NCBI RefSeq assembly: GCF_001457595.1
Contig: NZ_LN831039.1
Location: 5,520,001-5,552,000 of the forward strand
Reading direction: 5' to 3'
DNA length: 32,000 bases
From: Mycolicibacterium smegmatis
GTDB lineage: Bacteria; Actinomycetota; Actinomycetes; Mycobacteriales; Mycobacteriaceae
Below are positions 27,888 to 32,000 of this stretch, in pieces. Position numbers and translations under genes: made by a program. Below the pieces are notes generated by a model. It was not told where the DNA came from, ran no database searches, and saw nothing but the letters and a program-made list of their open reading frames with translations. Numbering within the stretch: the first letter of the stretch is position 1; every line of letters begins with the position of its first letter.

Positions 27888-28604
27888 ATGATCACGACAT
27901 TTCGATCGGGCGGAGCAGTTCTGGCCGCCTGCGCGCTCGCGACGGCGCTGTCCGCGTGCGGATCCGACGTGACGGCCGGGCAGGCCACGACCGGGGACCA
28001 GACGACATCCGCGACGAGCACGGCGGCGCAGACCTCTGCGAAGGCCGCCCCCGAGCCGATAGCCGAAGGTACGTCCGGTCCTCACTACACGATCGTCGAC
28101 TACATCCGCGACAACGGGATCACCGAAACGCCCGTGCACCGCGGCGATCCGGGCACGCCGGTGCTCGACATCCCGATTCCGCCGGGGTGGGCCGACGCAG
28201 GTCCGGACACACCCGAATGGGCATGGTCGGCGATGGTGTCGACCGATCCCGCGTTCGCCGACGACCCGCCGATGATCATCGCGCTCATGTCACGGCTCAC
28301 CGGTGATGTGGACCCGGCCAAGATCCTCGAATACGCGCCGAACGAGATCAAGAACCTGCCCGGTTACGACGGCGAGGGCAGCGAAGGTACCGCCGACGAA
28401 CTCAGCGGTTTCGACGCCTACCAGATCGGCGGCATGTACGTCCGGGACGGTCAGCAACGGTTGATCGCCCAGAAGACCGTGGTGATCCCCGGACAGGACG
28501 GGCTGTACGTGTTGCAACTCAATGCCGACGGCACCGAGGATCAGCTCGGCACACTGCTGGACGCGACGTCGGTCATCGACGAGAAGACCGTCATCACACC
28601 CTGA
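27888..28604 (+). CDS. LpqN/LpqT-family lipoprotein
   Basis: 238 aa from ATG 27888 (SD GGGAG 7 nt upstream) within ORF 27693..28604. Lipobox ALSACGS. The Thr/Ala-rich linker, then HYTIVDYIRDNGITETPVHRGDPGTPVLDIPIPPGWADAG, is typical of the LpqN family. Confidence 0.8.
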   Translation: MITTFRSGGAVLAACALATALSACGSDVTAGQATTGDQTTSATSTAAQTSAKAAPEPIAEGTSGPHYTIVDYIRDNGITETPVHRGDPGTPVLDIPIPPGWADAGPDTPEWAWSAMVSTDPAFADDPPMIIALMSRLTGDVDPAKILEYAPNEIKNLPGYDGEGSEGTADELSGFDAYQIGGMYVRDGQQRLIAQKTVVIPGQDGLYVLQLNADGTEDQLGTLLDATSVIDEKTVITP

Positions 28605-28612
28605 TTCGTGAT

Positions 28613-29461
28613 TCAGGCCCGAGAAAAAGCCGAGGCCTCCGCGATCTGCTCGGCCGTGGGGCGCACCCCGGTGTAGCGCTCGAACTGTTCGGCGGCCTGC
28701 AGCGCGATCACCTCGGCTCCGGTGATGACGGGCTTGCCCGCGGACCGGGCCGCCACGATCAGCGGGGTCTCGGCGGGCATGGCGACGACGTCGAACACCA
28801 CGGCCGCCGCCTCTACGGTGCCGGGTTCGAACGCGCTGAGTTGCGCCTCGGGCCCGCCGGCCATCCCGATGGGCGTCACGTTGACCAGGATCGCCGCGGT
28901 GCGCTCGGCGACCTCAGGCGTGTACTCGTAGCCGAGCCGGGACGCGAGTGCGGCTCCGGTGTCGCGGTTGCGCGCGACGATGGTCCCACGGCGAAAGCCG
29001 TTGTCGCGGAAGGCCGCCGCCACCGCGTTGGCCATGCCTCCACTGCCCCGGATCAGCACCGGGTCGTCCTCGGCGAGCCCGTGCTGTTCGATGAGCGCCT
29101 GCACCGCGATGTAGTCGGTGTTCGACGCGACCAGGTATCCGCCCGGCACCGAAAGGTCGTTCACGATGGTGTTGACCGCATCGATCGCCCGCGCCGACGG
29201 TTCGATCTCGTCGACGAGCGCCATGACATCCTGCTTGAACGGCATCGACACCGAGCAGCCGCGGATGCCCAAGGCACGCACACCGCCGATCGCCGCGGCG
29301 ATGTCGGTGGTGCTGAACGCCTTGTACAGGAAGTCGAGCCCGAGTTTGTCGTAGAGATAATTGTGGAAGCGCGTGCCGTGGTTGCTCGGCCGCGCGGCCA
29401 GCGAGATGCAGACCTTGGTGTCTTTGTTGATTGGTGGCCGCCTGTTGTCCGCCCCACTCAC
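28613..29461 (-). CDS. shikimate 5-dehydrogenase family protein (AroE paralogue)
   Basis: 282 aa from GTG 29461. SLAARPSNHGTRFHNYLYDKLGLDFLYKAF, GCSVSMPFKQDV, NTD, and the Rossmann motif IRGSGGMANAVAAAF. Confidence 0.85.
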   Translation of the reverse strand: MSGADNRRPPINKDTKVCISLAARPSNHGTRFHNYLYDKLGLDFLYKAFSTTDIAAAIGGVRALGIRGCSVSMPFKQDVMALVDEIEPSARAIDAVNTIVNDLSVPGGYLVASNTDYIAVQALIEQHGLAEDDPVLIRGSGGMANAVAAAFRDNGFRRGTIVARNRDTGAALASRLGYEYTPEVAERTAAILVNVTPIGMAGGPEAQLSAFEPGTVEAAAVVFDVVAMPAETPLIVAARSAGKPVITGAEVIALQAAEQFERYTGVRPTAEQIAEASAFSRA

Positions 29462-30459
29462 TGGCTCACCGCCCGGATCACCTTTCGCGTGGCGTCGCGG
29501 ATCTGGTCGATCAATTCAGGTTCGAACGGCACCGTGTCGACCGGCGGCACGTCCACCTCCGTCATCACCACCCCGAGATCCTCTCGCACCCACACCGCCC
29601 CCAGCCGATCCATGATCTTGCGCATCGCCATGTTGTCGGTGAGGACCCTTGCGTTGAAACGTTGCACTCCAACGTAATTGGCGGAGACGATCAGAGCACC
29701 CATCAAGAAGCTGCCGATGCCCCGGCCCTGGTAGTCGTCGCCGACAGTGAACGCGACCTCCGCCATGGTCGCGTTGTGCCCCTCGCGGACGAACCGGGCG
29801 TCGGCGATCACGGGCCCCAGCGCCCCCTCGGTCATCACCCAGACGAAGTGGTCGGCGTAGTCGACCTCGAACAGGTACTCGAGCAGTGCCCTGGTGGGTT
29901 TACGTACCGACTGGAAACGCCGGTACAGCGTCTCGCTGGAGAACTCCACGGGGCCGTTGAGTGTGCGTTCCACGTCGCCGGGAAGCACCGGCCGTAGATA
30001 GAACCACTCGCCGGTGCGCACCTGCACCGGGATCGGCGTGATGAACGCCGCCAGCCGCTGACGGGCGATGCGCACGAGCCGGTCGAACATGCCGGGCAGG
30101 TGCAGGATCGTGTCGAACGCGTCCCGGTCCCCCACCCAGCCGATGACCGGTTCGGCCGCCACCACCGTCGCGGTGCGCGGCGCGTCGCGCAGCAGCGCGA
30201 TCTCGCCGATGATGAGGCCCGGCTCAATGTCGAGGACGATCGGCGGGCCGTCGGCGACCGCATGGCTCACCTGGACGCGGCCCGACTCGATCAGCATGAA
30301 GGTCAACGCGGGGTCGCCCTGCCGGATCAGCACCTGACCGGGCTCGGCCTTGAGGGGACGCAGCTGGGTGGCCAGCGGTTCGAGCGCGGACGGTCGGCAA
30401 CCTGTGAAGAACTCAAGGGCCGCCAGATCGGCGGCGCGAACCTCGGTCAGTTCCGCCAC
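29458..30459 (-). CDS. pat: cAMP-dependent protein lysine acetyltransferase (cNMP-binding domain + GNAT; Rv0998/MsPat-like)
   Basis: 333 aa from GTG 30459. N-terminal cNMP phosphate-binding cassette [20 protein letters not shown]-terminal GNAT acetyl-CoA motif [14 protein letters not shown]. Confidence 0.9.
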
Positions 30460-30679
30460 ATTCCCAGGCTACGACGTGGCTTCTCCGCCGGTCAGACCTT
30501 GGCGATTCCGTCCACGACACGCGCCAGACGGCCTAGGCTGCGCGGGTCGCAACCGGCAGGCAAAGCCACCCAGGTGTCGCCCGAACGGACGACAGCTATC
30601 GCGGGAGTTTCGGGACCGCTACTCTGCCGCGAACACAACTGGACGCCGTCGGCCACCGATTTTCCGGGCCCCGGCGGGG

Positions 30680-31234
30680 TCAGCTCCCGAACATGATTTC
30701 GTCGAGCTCGAGAGCCTTCATCTCGAGCCTCTGCCCCAGATAGATGTCGGCCTGCACCAGCCTCTCGGCGTGCCAGCGAATGTCTTCGGCATGCTCACGC
30801 GAGGCCGTGAAACGCTTCGCCATCGTCGCGACATCTATTCGCCGGGTGTCACGGACGGACAGGTCCTCACCGACGCGAAATCCGTCGGCCTCAGCCGCGG
30901 CGATCGCCTCGAGAACCTGGTTCACCGACCGCCGGATGTCGCGGCTGCCGTCCTCGGCGATGTTGGCGGCCTCGCGCTGGATGTCACCCTGCTGCCGCAC
31001 GAGCGCCGCGTCGGCCGTCACCCGCTCGAGTGCGACCTCGCCGGCATTTCCCGACCACTCGCTTCCGCCGGGAGCGGCGACATTCTGCCGATGCCACTCG
31101 AACAGTTCCTCCGACTGTGCGGCCATCTGACGCCAGCGCATGGCGGCGTCATCGAGATGGCTTGTGTCCCAATTTTCTATCTGGGAACGCGTGGGTATGG
31201 CGCCGGGGCTTCCGGCGGTGTGGGTGGTGCTCAC
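30680..31234 (-). CDS. hypothetical helical protein with a WXG motif (possible type VII secretion substrate-like)
   Basis: 184 aa from GTG 31234, with GGAG 6 nt upstream. W-S-G in GGSEWSGNAGEVAL lies between predicted helical stretches. There is no signal peptide or TM segment. GTGA overlap with the upstream gene. Confidence 0.5.
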   Translation of the reverse strand: MSTTHTAGSPGAIPTRSQIENWDTSHLDDAAMRWRQMAAQSEELFEWHRQNVAAPGGSEWSGNAGEVALERVTADAALVRQQGDIQREAANIAEDGSRDIRRSVNQVLEAIAAAEADGFRVGEDLSVRDTRRIDVATMAKRFTASREHAEDIRWHAERLVQADIYLGQRLEMKALELDEIMFGS

Positions 31235-31503
31235 ATCAACTCCGCCATACCCCCAGCAGAGTCTTCGTCGGCAGTTTCGAAGAGAAGCGCGCCGGCGAGC
31301 ATGTCGGCCGCCTGAGCGTTGATCCGGGTGGACTGGCGGGCCCGTGCCGCCGTGATGGCAGCGTCCATCGCCGACACACCCGCGTGGGTCGGGCTGTCGG
31401 CGCCCACGCCGACATGGCCGACCGTCAATTCAGCTGCGATCAACTCACTGCTGACCGCACCCGCTCTGAGCCCGCCCGAATCGACTCTCAGATCGCTTGC
31501 CAT
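31231..31503 (-). CDS. EspC-like (DUF2580) small protein
   Basis: 90 aa from ATG 31503, with SD GGGGGA 5 nt upstream; the ORF-track start at 31533 is a TTG without an SD. The N-terminus MASDLRVDSGGLRAGA resembles the xLxVDPxxLxxAA opening of EspC-family proteins. Confidence 0.5.
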   Translation of the reverse strand: MASDLRVDSGGLRAGAVSSELIAAELTVGHVGVGADSPTHAGVSAMDAAITAARARQSTRINAQAADMLAGALLFETADEDSAGGMAELM

Positions 31504-32000
31504 TGCAATCCCCCAACTGGCCAATCTGCTCAAGGCAATCTACATCGGGAATCGTCTGTCCTCTACAACGGGGGACGATTGATTTCGTTTCCTTCCGCCC
31601 GAATGTCGGCGAATATCGCACATCGCAGATCGCTTGCCTGAGGCGGCTTTTGAGCGCCCCTCCAATGAATTTACTTACACTTCCGTCAGTTACACGTGTA
31701 CCAGCAGTTCTGGCAAAGAATTCCAACGGTTCTGCGCTAATGATCAACCTTTGTCCCACACGAAATCAGCAAATTGCTGCGATACAAACCGCACATGCTC
31801 ATACGCTGTGACTTAGCTCGCATTGTGCCGGTTTCGTGCCACGTCACGACCGATTGGCGGGTCGTTGCCGGACGGGTGGCTACGGATTCCGACGTACGTT
31901 CGTATGACATGCCGCGAACATCTCTCCAGCCGCTTTATTCGTATGACTTTTTCACCGACGCCGAGAGTGCAGATTCATACGCCTCCCGCGGCTTGTTGCG

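Noticed and set aside
31904-32000. Frame open from ATG 31904 to the window edge (MTCREHLSSRFIRMTFSPTPRVQIHTPPAACC)
   Set aside because: Third-position G/C is about one half by my count, far below the genuine genes here, and it is only 32 codons. I treat it as non-coding pending the flanking sequence.

Overview
This is a high-GC mycobacterial chromosome segment. Gene content and order match the Mycolicibacterium smegmatis counterpart of the M. tuberculosis Rv1016c-Rv0998 core region, read in the opposite orientation: rplY-pth, FAAL/pks16-like, ispE, ksgA/rsmA, rpfB, tatD, metG, pabB, rsmI, pmt, arcA, and the cAMP-dependent acetyltransferase Pat. I call 31 complete CDS and one edge-truncated CDS. 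I found no rRNA, tRNA, CRISPR array, transposase or integrase. Small blocks that I do not recall at this locus in M. tuberculosis interrupt the housekeeping backbone: an SDR; a QueG-like Fe-S protein plus a 2-TM protein; an orphan Ser/Thr kinase; gdhA plus a flavoprotein oxidoreductase plus an ECF41 sigma factor; an AbiEi/DUF559-like gene; soxR; and an envelope lipoprotein/hydrolase cluster. The observations most worth follow-up are: (1) two ~117-bp direct repeats (~90% identical, 34-nt identical core) in the pmt to AbiEi/DUF559 gap, unexplained by any feature; (2) an 82-bp inverted-repeat pair bracketing the two-gene Fe-S/membrane cassette; (3) a domain-minimal non-RD kinase with an over-long activation segment inserted between ksgA and ispE, with a strong terminator cutting the rpfB-ksgA-ispE operon known from M. 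tuberculosis; (4) a SoxR-box-like palindrome inside a 19-bp-spacer promoter aimed at arcA; (5) an ECF41 sigma module with a near-consensus ECF41 promoter; (6) an EspC-like plus WXG-containing gene pair outside any ESX locus. Several start codons sit 6-7 nt downstream of TANNNT hexamers, which suggests leaderless transcripts. None of this proves a new system from sequence alone. All product calls rest on motif recognition and remembered synteny, not on database searches.
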